Source: Chloroflexia bacterium (GTDB taxonomy: Bacteria > Chloroflexota > Chloroflexia > Chloroheliales > Chloroheliaceae). Taken from it: DNA of 64,000 nt. The stretch is from assembly GCA_038207455.1 (NCBI GenBank), contig JBBQZT010000016.1:3298-67297 (forward strand), in the 5' to 3' direction. Below, piece after piece: positions 55,795 to 64,000 of the stretch; the stretch's first letter is position 1, and each line of letters opens with the position of its first letter. A program made the position numbers and the translations under genes. The notes under the pieces are model-generated. The model saw nothing but the letters and a program-made list of their open reading frames with translations. It was not told where the DNA came from and made no database searches.

Positions 55795-57927
55795 TTAGCT
55801 GGCTTTGAAACTCTGCAAAACGTGGTCAAAAATCTTAGAAAGATCTGCTTCATCGTTTGGCAAAGCTTGATAAGAAATAATCCAGAGACGATTGTTCTTA
55901 ACAAAGGTGAACAGTTTGGCATTAAGAGTTTGACCGTTATCAGCAAAAGTGGCGGTACTCAATTTACCCTTGACCTGATTAACAGTAAAATCCTCGGTTT
56001 TCTTAACCGTAAAGCCCACACTTTCCAAAATTGTACCCAAGAAACTATCCAGCGTAGCCGCATCAACGCCTGCACTATCTAAATTATTGATGCCAATCTG
56101 GTCAGTCGAAGTAGAGGTGGCGGCAAACACATCTATATCCTGACCCGCATTGTTACTATTGCTAATAAACCAGCCATCCGGTACCTCAATACTGTATTTG
56201 CCAGTCGGGGCTTTGTAAGGTTTATATACAATTGCCCCAGCAGTAGCCGCAGTGGATTGGGCAGGGGCGGTGGTAGTAGTGGGTCGGGTAGTCGTAGCTG
56301 GCTTGGTGGCTACCGAAGTGGTGGAAACGGTATCAGGCGGAGTGGTGGCTGATACGTCAGTTGTTTGAAGCGCAACTGTAGTAACAGAGGCAACCGCCGT
56401 ACTGGTATCTGCAACGGTTGCGGCGGGCGTAGCCGTATCCGGTTCGCTAGTGGCGGTGGCTAGGTCGGCAGTCGTCGCTTCGGTAGCGGGAATGACCTCC
56501 TGGGCGGTTGACGTGGCAACCCCACTGCCTTTACTACTATTGGCAAGCAAAATAACGGCTGCAATCGCCACTATCACCAATACAGCTACGCCGCCTAAAA
56601 TAAATGGCAATAAGACCGAGTTTCGACGGGGGGCTGGCACAACCGCCACGCCATTAGGGTTGCCATACACACCTGGGCCGAAATCCGGCGGCCTGTTGAC
56701 GTAGTTTGTATTTGTACCGGTTGAGCCACTGTTGACGTTGCCATATGGGATACTGGGGTTGCTGATGTTGCCCACGCCAGGGTTAGAAATACCGCCCGCA
56801 CTCGAACCCGTGCCGCTACCCACCAGCCGTTGCCAGTTCGGAACGTTATCCTGGCCGTAGCCCATGACCCGGTAACGTTCAAGCATAGTCGGCACATCAC
56901 GGAAGTTGGTAAATTGTGAGTGCAGCCGACTAAAAACCTCGAACGCCCCATGAAAATTATTTTGTTGTTCCAGGCGGCGAGCTTCTTGATAAAGCCGATC
57001 TGCTTCGGGGTGGTCAGCGGGCGTAGCAAGCCCGACATTGGGCTGCATATTGGACTCGACTTTTTGAGTCGAAAAACCGCTATAGGGGTGGGCAATCGCT
57101 TCTTTTACGGAGTTGGCAAAGTCGCCACAGGTATCGTAACGATCTTCGGGCTTCTTTGCCAGAGCTTTGAGCAAAACTTGTTCGATGGAAGGCGGCACAT
57201 CGGGGTTATATTTGGTAGGCATCGGTAACGGCTTGGATACGTGGCCCATCACAATAGCAATAGGAGTGTCGCCCTGGAAAGGTGGCCTACCAGTCATCAT
57301 CTCATAAAACATTACGCCCAACGAATATTCGTCACTACGCACGTCCAGCCCTTCGCCCATCGCCTGTTCGGGACTCATATAATCGGGAGTACCCACACCC
57401 GTGCCGGTATTAGTTAGTTGCAGATTGTTATTATTTTGTTCGCCGATCATCTTGATGATACCGAAGTCGGACAGGACGGCCCGCCCGCTTTTGTCCATCA
57501 ACACATTCGAAGGCTTGACATCGCGGTGAATAATTCCCGAATTATGAGCATAATCCAGAGCCGAGGCGATTTGGGTGTTGATGTTTTCGGCCCGATCCAG
57601 AGCCATCGGCTTATTATTCATGACTTCTTTGAGCGTCGGGCCGTCTATCAACTCCATTACAATGTAGAGCAGCCCGTTATCGTCTCCAGCATCAAACACG
57701 GTCAGTATATTGGGGTGGCGCAAGCGGGCAATCGAACGGGCTTCACGCCGGAAGCGTTCGACAAAAGCCGGGTCACTGGTATAGCGTTCGGCCATCACTT
57801 TGATTGCCACCTCGCGGTCAAGGCTAGGCTGGTAGGCGCGATAAACCGAGGCCATTCCGCCCTTGCCGAGTGGCTCTAAAACTTCGTACTGACCAATTTT
57901 ACGGCCTTTTTCAAGCTGACCCGCCAT
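55795..57927 (-). CDS. Hanks-type Ser/Thr protein kinase with a TM helix and an extracellular globular domain
   Basis: GKGGMASVYRA, VAIK, HRDVKPSNV, DFG and GTPDYMSPE motifs. TM helix LLPFILGGVAVLVIVAIAAVILL, a Thr/Ala-rich linker, and about 150 aa of C-terminal domain. The start is set at ATG 57927 (MAGQLEKGRKIGQYEV). Confidence 0.9.
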   Translation of the reverse strand: MAGQLEKGRKIGQYEVLEPLGKGGMASVYRAYQPSLDREVAIKVMAERYTSDPAFVERFRREARSIARLRHPNILTVFDAGDDNGLLYIVMELIDGPTLKEVMNNKPMALDRAENINTQIASALDYAHNSGIIHRDVKPSNVLMDKSGRAVLSDFGIIKMIGEQNNNNLQLTNTGTGVGTPDYMSPEQAMGEGLDVRSDEYSLGVMFYEMMTGRPPFQGDTPIAIVMGHVSKPLPMPTKYNPDVPPSIEQVLLKALAKKPEDRYDTCGDFANSVKEAIAHPYSGFSTQKVESNMQPNVGLATPADHPEADRLYQEARRLEQQNNFHGAFEVFSRLHSQFTNFRDVPTMLERYRVMGYGQDNVPNWQRLVGSGTGSSAGGISNPGVGNISNPSIPYGNVNSGSTGTNTNYVNRPPDFGPGVYGNPNGVAVVPAPRRNSVLLPFILGGVAVLVIVAIAAVILLANSSKGSGVATSTAQEVIPATEATTADLATATSEPDTATPAATVADTSTAVASVTTVALQTTDVSATTPPDTVSTTSVATKPATTTRPTTTTAPAQSTAATAGAIVYKPYKAPTGKYSIEVPDGWFISNSNNAGQDIDVFAATSTSTDQIGINNLDSAGVDAATLDSFLGTILESVGFTVKKTEDFTVNQVKGKLSTATFADNGQTLNAKLFTFVKNNRLWIISYQALPNDEADLSKIFDHVLQSFKAS

Positions 57928-58057
57928 GCTAATCCCTTTCTGACACCCTACCACCACCGAGACACAACAGAAGATACGGAGAAAGTACACGTAGTACGCA
58001 CTGTACCGATGTATTATAATAGTAGCAGGCGTGATTGACAGTGATAATTATATCATA

Positions 58058-58088
58058 GCATTCAGTTGTCAGTCGTCAGTTATTAGCC
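58058..58088. repeat. Family C heptamer tract
   Basis: GCATTCAGTTGTCAGTCGTCAGTTATTAGCC. Confidence 0.55.
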
Positions 58089-58187
58089 ATTATTTCGTTA
58101 ATATATATTGTCATTTGGAGCGGTCAGGTAATACTGGGGACGCTGGCGGTTGAAGGCAAAAATCTGACACCCCCCAGCAATTACGGC

Positions 58188-58220
58188 ATAAAAAGAGGCG
58201 GCCTTGGCGGGTCGCCTTTT
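58188..58220 (-). terminator. Intrinsic terminator module, copy of the 23475 module with one substitution
   Basis: ATAAAAAGAGGCGGCCTTGGCGGGTCGCCTTTT, 33 nt downstream of the stop at 58253 on the minus strand. Confidence 0.7.
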
Positions 58221-58252
58221 CTAGGTGGAATATCAGCACGCAGCCACTAATG

Positions 58253-59254
58253 CTAGTGTTGCTCCTCCTTGCGGAGTACCGCTTCCAAAGGTGGCACTAC
58301 TGCTAAGGTGGTGCAAACGAGCTGAATACAAGTTTGACCGGGTGGACAGTTGCAATTAGGAGTGGCGGTGGGTGGAGCGGGCGTAGCAGTAGCTCCTACT
58401 TGGGTAGCGGTGGGCGGAACAGGCGTATTGGTGGGCGGAACAGGCGTATTGGTGGCTGGTTTTGGCGTAGCCGTCGGCGAAATAGGCGTAGAAGTAGCGG
58501 TCGGTGGGACGGGCGTGTTCGTGGCAGGTAGCGGCGTACTGTTGGGTAAGGGCGTACCATTAAAACTGAGAAACTGGCGCGACGGCAAATCAAATACGAA
58601 TGTTTTGCCGTCCATCGAAACTAAGGTAAATTGCAGATTATTCTCCGCCACAATCTTCAAGGCTTGAGCTTTGATAGGCGTAGGGTATCTTGCCGCTTTA
58701 GCATTTTCATTGTATGTACCGTTTTCAGCACTATTTACAAACACCGTCCCCCGGTCAGGGTATTCAGGTGCAGTTCCCGCAAACACAAAATAACCTATGC
58801 CATTTATGGTTTTCTGCCACCCATTCGTAACTAAAACGCCCGAATGTGGATAGGGATTTTGAAGATTGTCAATGATACCAAAGTCTGGGATTGTCTGGGG
58901 AGGGTAGGCCGCTCTTATAGTCAAGGAATCAGCTGTTACTCCCGCCCAACTAAAGGTAGGCTTAATTGGGGGTGGAGTTAAGGCGTTAGCTGTCTCCCGA
59001 TTGCTTTGGTTGGTCAGTTTAGCTTGCAAAGTCAAAATACCGAAAACAGTTGGCGGTGTAGCTGTAGGGGTGGAAGTAGCAGGGGAGGTAGGAGTATCGG
59101 TTGAGCCTGCACCAAGCTGAACCTGCTCTACTGAAACAGAACTGGTGGGCGCAGACCCCGCGCTAAATAAGCCCACCATCAGGATACAAAATACTGCTAC
59201 AGTCGTTAAAAAGAGACCTACCAGCAAACCAATTTTCCACTTTGTTTTTAACAT
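58253..59254 (-). CDS. Secreted/anchored protein, paralogue 1: signal anchor, globular domain, P/T-rich linker, Cys-rich tail
   Basis: MLKTKWKIGLLVGLFLTTVAVFCIL anchor, a conserved block YPTPIKAQALKIVAENNLQFTLVSMDGKTFVFDLPSRQFLSFNGTPLP, PTAT repeats, and the tail CNCPPGQTCIQLVCTTLAVVPPLEAVLRKEEQH. GAGAGGAG RBS. Confidence 0.75.
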   Translation of the reverse strand: MLKTKWKIGLLVGLFLTTVAVFCILMVGLFSAGSAPTSSVSVEQVQLGAGSTDTPTSPATSTPTATPPTVFGILTLQAKLTNQSNRETANALTPPPIKPTFSWAGVTADSLTIRAAYPPQTIPDFGIIDNLQNPYPHSGVLVTNGWQKTINGIGYFVFAGTAPEYPDRGTVFVNSAENGTYNENAKAARYPTPIKAQALKIVAENNLQFTLVSMDGKTFVFDLPSRQFLSFNGTPLPNSTPLPATNTPVPPTATSTPISPTATPKPATNTPVPPTNTPVPPTATQVGATATPAPPTATPNCNCPPGQTCIQLVCTTLAVVPPLEAVLRKEEQH

Positions 59255-59419
59255 TTGATGCTCCTCTCGATGAAATGAATTATTGTTCGTAGATAATGTC
59301 GATCAAGTAATTGAAACCATAGGGAAAAGCAGTCCTGGTATAACCTTTTTGACCCGCTAAGTCAAGTCTTTTTCTAATTCATTTCCTGAGCATCTACAGC
59401 ACAACTCCCTAGTTACGGC

Positions 59420-59452
59420 ATAAAAAGAGGCGGCCTTTGCGGGTCGCCTTTT
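59420..59452 (-). terminator. Intrinsic terminator module, identical to the 23475 module
   Basis: ATAAAAAGAGGCGGCCTTTGCGGGTCGCCTTTT, 31 nt downstream of the stop at 59483 on the minus strand. Confidence 0.7.
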
Positions 59453-59482
59453 AATTGGAGTATCAACAGACCGCCACTCCTG

Positions 59483-60469
59483 CTAATGCTGGTCGTCCTT
59501 GCGGAGTACGGCTTCAAGAGGTGGCCTGGCGGCTAAGGTGGTACAAACGAGGTTTATACAAGTTTGACCAGGTGGGCAATTGCAACTGGGGGTGGCGGTG
59601 GCTGGAGCAGGCGTAGAAGTAGCTCCTACTCGCGTGGCAGTTGGTGGAACAGGCGTATTGGTAGGTATTCGCGTAGCCGTTGGTGGGATAGGCGTGTTGG
59701 TGGCCGTCGGTGGGACGGGCGTGTTCGTGGCAGGTAGCGGCGTACTACTGGGTAAGGGCGTGCCATTAAAACTGAGAAACTGGCGCGACGGCAAATCAAA
59801 GACGAATGTTTTACCATCCATCGAAACTAAGGTAAATTGCAAATTGTTTTCTGCCACGATTTTCAAGGCTTGCGCTTTGATAGGAGTAGGATACCGATTT
59901 TCTGTGGGATTTTTGACGTTTGTACCATCTTCAGAAGTACCTACAAACACTGTACCTCTACTATATTCAGGTGCATATCCAGCATAAACTCCATAGCTTA
60001 CACCATTTATTGTTTTACTCCAATGATTTAGAATTGCCACCCCTGTTCCCGGCCAGGGATTATACGAACTTTGGACGAGGCCCTCATCTGGTATAGGTCT
60101 GCCTGTTGGGTGATTAGCAGACATAGTTAAAGCTATCGCTGTAAGTTCGGTACGACTTGGCTTGGTTGGTAGCGTGCGTTGGGCTGCTATTGCTCCACGT
60201 GTCTTGTACCCATTCTCTTCAGCCTGTAGTGTCAGCATAACTGATGGAGAAGTTTTGGGTGGGGTAGGAGTGGCAGGCGATGGGGAAATAGTGGTGGTAG
60301 GATTGCTCGATGCACCTATACCTCCATTCGCCACAGCTTGACTAACAGGCGTGGAACTGGCTGGATTACTACCGAGTCCGATTAGGCTCAACCCTAAAAA
60401 GCTCAACCCTACCACCGTCAACATTGCAATGCCTAGTCTCACCCCTATTTTCCATTTAGTATTTCGCAT
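59483..60469 (-). CDS. Secreted/anchored protein, paralogue 2
   Basis: Same architecture as paralogue 1. The start is set at ATG 60469 (MRNTKWKIG, GAGGA RBS) by analogy with paralogue 1. The tail reads CNCPPGQTCINLVCTTLAARPPLEAVLRKDDQH. Confidence 0.75.
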   Translation of the reverse strand: MRNTKWKIGVRLGIAMLTVVGLSFLGLSLIGLGSNPASSTPVSQAVANGGIGASSNPTTTISPSPATPTPPKTSPSVMLTLQAEENGYKTRGAIAAQRTLPTKPSRTELTAIALTMSANHPTGRPIPDEGLVQSSYNPWPGTGVAILNHWSKTINGVSYGVYAGYAPEYSRGTVFVGTSEDGTNVKNPTENRYPTPIKAQALKIVAENNLQFTLVSMDGKTFVFDLPSRQFLSFNGTPLPSSTPLPATNTPVPPTATNTPIPPTATRIPTNTPVPPTATRVGATSTPAPATATPSCNCPPGQTCINLVCTTLAARPPLEAVLRKDDQH

Positions 60470-60500
60470 TTTTGTTCCTCTTACGAAGTTGAAAAGGTCA

Positions 60501-63500
60501 CTATTCATCAGCTATATCGGTCAAATAATTAAAACCAAGAGGCCAAATTGTACTGATGTCTCGATTAATCGGTCCCCATAAGAACGCCCAACTTTGCTGA
60601 GGCGAATTATAAGCGGGGTTAGAGGAGCCTGTTGCTCTGTAGCTAGAAAGCGTACCAGCGAAAGGCATCTGGTTCCCAGTTTGGTTAGCGGAATAAAGAC
60701 TTAACCAATACCAACTGTTACCGACTGAATCACTGTACAACTTATTAATTTTATCGGTATCAAGATCATAGCTTTTATAAATCTCTGGTATTGGAATTAC
60801 ACTACCAGTATAGGCGACGTAAACCATGTCAGCTATAGGCCAATTGAATGAAACAGCAGGAATACCTGTATTTGCGCCCGTGCCATCCTTTGTAGCACTG
60901 CAATCAGCACTGCGATCAGAAGGACAACCACTGGCATCCCCATAATCATAAAGTATGGTGCCATCACTGTTTAAGCTGTTATAACCATCAATCCAGGCTT
61001 TAGTTGGCGTGGGAATATTAAAGCTTGTTTCTGCATCTATCCCTGCCGCTATCTCTACTTGAGAAAAATAATTGTTGATGCTTACACTTTGATTAACTTG
61101 CGCTACTATTTGCGCCCACGCTCCTCCAGCAGCATTTGTAATTTCACCATCGTAGTAATTATTAGTGCCAATTACTAAGCGGACTTTAGCAGTGGTGTTA
61201 CCTCCCGTACAGTACCAGTATCCGTGTGCGAATTCTGTAGCAACAGCTGCTATGTCTGATGGTATAGCAAACACACTTTTGCTACCAGTATGGATTAGTT
61301 TTGTACCATAAACTGTGGCACCGGAGTTGTCGGTTATCTTAATAGGCTCGCCAAAATCAAGAATAACTAGAGGATTGACTGCTCCAAGTGAGGAGTCGTG
61401 ATTACCCTGGTTACAACCTTTGCTGTACATAGTTTGGGTATCCAGTGAGGTTACATAGAAGCTATAGGTAGAATTTGGTGAGGTGGGTGTATTGACCAGT
61501 TTCAGATTAACGCCAGTTACTCCAGATAAGTCATTAGTGTAAGCATAAACGGTATAATTACCTATAGTGTTATTTGCAGTAAAGTCATAGGAGACGGTAG
61601 CTCTCCCATCTGAACCAGTGACAGCAGTAGCTGTGGTACTACCATTTGAAAAAGTACCAGTAGCTCCTCCAGAAGACGGTGCGACAAAAATTATATGTAC
61701 GCCGGATACTGCTATCAAATTACCACTAGCATCCCCTAAGCCAACTTTGAGTGGATTCGGGAATTTATTGTTAATAGGCGCACTTTGGTCATATAGAGTT
61801 ATAATTTGAGTTATGGTAGAATTGGCTAAATCAAATTCGGCAGGGGCTAATCCTGGCGTCGTAGCCATAAGTTTATAACTGCCCAATATGTTATTGGATT
61901 GAAAATTAGGCGCGGTAGCTATCCCGTTGGCATCGGTAAGGGCAGTGATGGTGCTGTTGCCACCCGCAAAAATGCCAGTAGCCCCCGTCGTCGGAGCGGC
62001 GAAGGTGACGGTTCTGCCTTGAATGGGGTAGCCCCAATCGTTTTGTAGCTGAACTTGAAGCTGGCTACCAAAGGTATTATTCAAGGTGGTACTTTGGGGT
62101 GTACCGCCCACCGCAATAAGGGAAACCGCAATATTGCTAAGACTAAAGCTGGCTGGGGTGCTTAGACCGTTGACAGTAGCAGTGACGTTGTAATTGCCAG
62201 GAGTATTGTTGGCGGTCAGTACGGCACTATATGTTCCATTGCCGTTATCCTGGCCCGTAGTGCTGGTGCTGCCATTAGCAAAAGTGCCGCCTTGACCGCT
62301 ACTCGGAGCCTGGAAGGTGACGTTTTGCCCGGTCAAAAGATTACCGCTTGCGTCTTTGACTGTCACTTGCAAAGGTGTAGCGAAGGCGGTATTGAGGTTG
62401 GTGCTTTGGTTGTTGCCGCCTGTTACCACGATGGCAGCCTGGGTGGGTGGCGCGGAAAGCGTGTTCGTCATATTTGTGAAATATTGAGTTAAATATAGAT
62501 TTATGTTTTGGTAGTCCCAGGAATACAGCTGATAATACACATCAGCTTCCACCCGATAACTACCAGTCTGGTTGTTGGCGACAAAAGCCGGAGCGGTGGC
62601 AATACCGTCGCTGCCCGTAGTGACTCTGACACTATACTGGCCGTTAAAAGTACCAGTAGCCGTAGCATTATAGTCTATCAAAAGCCGACTATTGCCACTA
62701 TATCCAATGCCAGGGGTGGGGGTAGCTGAATTGACGAAAGGCGTGGCAGTCAGGGCTTGTTGATTGTTTAGATTGACTGGGGGTGTCAAACCGCTACTAC
62801 AACCATTGCAAGGGGTGGGGGTAGGTGGGACTGGCCCTGGCACCGGAGCATAGAAACGCACGCCAATTCCACTCACAGGTTGATTGGCTCCGTCAGTGAC
62901 AAGCACCTGGAGAGGGGTAGCAAAAGCTGAGTTGAGGGCCGCGCTTTGATTGGCCCCCGTTACAGTTATCAAATGAGAAATCACCCGATTGGTCACGGTA
63001 GTGCTGGTGGAGAGAGCCGTCCCGACGACAGTAGCCGTAACCTGGTAACTCCCCTGAATGCCATTAGAAGCGACGGTGGCATTAGTCAAACCCGTGTCAT
63101 CGGTAACAAGGTTGCCACTGACATAAGCCCCGGCGACGGAGTTACTTCCAGGTGCGGAAAGATTGAGAGTTACGCCCACGCTTGGACTACCATTGGAATT
63201 TGTAACGCTGACTTGTAAGGCACCGGGGGGTGTTAAATAGGTGTCACGTGGATAGGTTACTAGATTTTGGGAAGTAGAGGAGGTAAAGGCGATATTAGTC
63301 GGATTATTATTACTTAGCTTAAACTTAACAGTTGAGGTTGAATTTGGAATACTGGCTATGACCTGGTACTGACCAGCCACGCTATTAGCGGTCAAGGTAG
63401 GGGCGGTAGCGAGACCATTGACATCGGTAACAGCCGTAGCCGTCATACTACTGCCAAAACTACTCGTTGCGCCACCGGAAGTGCTGCCATCGGGGGCGGT

Positions 63501-63845
63501 AAAAGTTACCGTAAGACCGCTAACAGCAGCATTATTGTTATCAGTTACATAGACCCATAAAGCCGTGCTGAAAGGTGTATTGACTGAAGCGGGCAAGGTT
63601 TGATAAATATTAGTTCGGACAAAATAGGGCGGGGAGAAGCTGTTAGGAGCAGCGACAGCAGCTAGACCAGGGGCAAAACCAGTGGTAATTAGTTGCAAAA
63701 ATAGGAAGGTAGCCATCAAGCCAGCTAACCTTTTAATATTTAGGGGGGGGTTGATTATTCGTGTAAAGCTAAATAGTCTGGCTAATTTGGAGAGAAAAGA
63801 AGTCAGGTGGTGGATAAAGATTTGCTGCATATGATGCCCTTTCAT
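60501..63845 (-). CDS. Large surface protein with at least 6 bacterial Ig-like (Big_1/invasin-type) repeats and an unassigned 330-aa C-terminal domain
   Basis: N-terminal hydrophobic segment. Repeats of the form ..(V/L)(S/T)G..V.F.AP..G..G.F...S....TD.NG.ATAP.F.(A/S)NN..G.Y.V.A.. The C-terminal domain has no motif I recognise. Confidence 0.75.
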   Translation of the reverse strand: MKGHHMQQIFIHHLTSFLSKLARLFSFTRIINPPLNIKRLAGLMATFLFLQLITTGFAPGLAAVAAPNSFSPPYFVRTNIYQTLPASVNTPFSTALWVYVTDNNNAAVSGLTVTFTAPDGSTSGGATSSFGSSMTATAVTDVNGLATAPTLTANSVAGQYQVIASIPNSTSTVKFKLSNNNPTNIAFTSSTSQNLVTYPRDTYLTPPGALQVSVTNSNGSPSVGVTLNLSAPGSNSVAGAYVSGNLVTDDTGLTNATVASNGIQGSYQVTATVVGTALSTSTTVTNRVISHLITVTGANQSAALNSAFATPLQVLVTDGANQPVSGIGVRFYAPVPGPVPPTPTPCNGCSSGLTPPVNLNNQQALTATPFVNSATPTPGIGYSGNSRLLIDYNATATGTFNGQYSVRVTTGSDGIATAPAFVANNQTGSYRVEADVYYQLYSWDYQNINLYLTQYFTNMTNTLSAPPTQAAIVVTGGNNQSTNLNTAFATPLQVTVKDASGNLLTGQNVTFQAPSSGQGGTFANGSTSTTGQDNGNGTYSAVLTANNTPGNYNVTATVNGLSTPASFSLSNIAVSLIAVGGTPQSTTLNNTFGSQLQVQLQNDWGYPIQGRTVTFAAPTTGATGIFAGGNSTITALTDANGIATAPNFQSNNILGSYKLMATTPGLAPAEFDLANSTITQIITLYDQSAPINNKFPNPLKVGLGDASGNLIAVSGVHIIFVAPSSGGATGTFSNGSTTATAVTGSDGRATVSYDFTANNTIGNYTVYAYTNDLSGVTGVNLKLVNTPTSPNSTYSFYVTSLDTQTMYSKGCNQGNHDSSLGAVNPLVILDFGEPIKITDNSGATVYGTKLIHTGSKSVFAIPSDIAAVATEFAHGYWYCTGGNTTAKVRLVIGTNNYYDGEITNAAGGAWAQIVAQVNQSVSINNYFSQVEIAAGIDAETSFNIPTPTKAWIDGYNSLNSDGTILYDYGDASGCPSDRSADCSATKDGTGANTGIPAVSFNWPIADMVYVAYTGSVIPIPEIYKSYDLDTDKINKLYSDSVGNSWYWLSLYSANQTGNQMPFAGTLSSYRATGSSNPAYNSPQQSWAFLWGPINRDISTIWPLGFNYLTDIADE

Positions 63846-63941
63846 TGTAATAATTAAGATGAGCTAAATAAATCGAAGTACACATTCAGGTCTGATTTAG
63901 ATTGATAATCTGCTATAAATTTTTGTTTACTTGCTAAAAAC

Positions 63942-63970
63942 ATCATAAATGACATAGTTAAGATTGTCAA
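63942..63970 (-). promoter_or_regulatory. Sigma-70-like promoter, TTGACA-17 nt-TATGAT, for the Ig-repeat gene cluster
   Basis: The minus strand reads TTGACAATCTTAACTATGTCATTTATGAT, about 95 nt upstream of ATG 63845. Confidence 0.5.
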
Positions 63971-64000
63971 TAGGCAACTTCTCTTATTTTATAGCTTTAT

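Noticed and set aside
58540-58690. Recent gene conversion between the two tandem paralogues
   Set aside because: The identical 48-aa block is encoded by DNA that differs at roughly one position in ten, all silent by my reading. Conservation therefore acts at the protein level and is not a recent DNA exchange.
1-64000. CRISPR arrays, tRNA/rRNA genes, integrases, transposases, prophage genes
   Set aside because: The repeats present are dispersed palindromes, not regularly spaced direct repeats. No T-loop-type GGTTCGAATCC or cloverleaf candidates were seen in intergenic DNA. No ORF shows recombinase or transposase motifs.
1-64000. Cyanobacterial origin, suggested by the Uma2 abundance and heptamer repeats
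   Set aside because: The HIP1 octamer GCGATCGC is not noticeably present and there are no photosynthesis-related genes. A Chloroflexota-like assignment is only a weak inference and cannot be verified here.

Overview
This is a 64-kb chromosomal segment of mid-range GC content. Housekeeping genes (lysS, holA, purU, ispH, selB, rpsA, clpC, trmD, an aconitase, a PotABCD-type ABC importer) are interleaved with accessory material. The accessory material includes three Uma2/DUF820 endonuclease copies (one decayed), an orphan DPPY methyltransferase, two Hanks-type Ser/Thr kinases and a 1141-aa secreted EEP-family nuclease. It also includes a 1114-aa Ig-repeat surface protein followed by two tandem paralogous partner genes, and an AT-rich two-gene ATPase+RloB cassette of the AbiL/PARIS-like defence type. 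I saw no rRNA, tRNA, CRISPR array, integrase or transposase. Intergenic DNA is saturated with at least four families of short palindromic or MITE-like repeats. One copy carries a clean 8-bp target-site duplication and supplies the stop codon of a gene. The observation I rate highest is a 58-codon ORF below the ORF-track cutoff (29304-29480, minus strand). It has a strong RBS and a near-consensus promoter, and its sequence carries the lasso-peptide leader motif Y-x2-P-x-L-x3-G-x5-T-x. However, it lacks an acidic ring-closing residue and sits 34 nt upstream of a P4H-type 2OG-Fe(II) oxygenase, with no lasso cyclase, protease or RRE in the window. The gene content (Uma2 expansion, WD40/TPR/kinase proteins, Pro/Thr-rich linkers, repeat families) is compatible with a filamentous Chloroflexota-like organism. 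That assignment is inference only. All functional calls come from motif recognition by eye, and no database search was possible.
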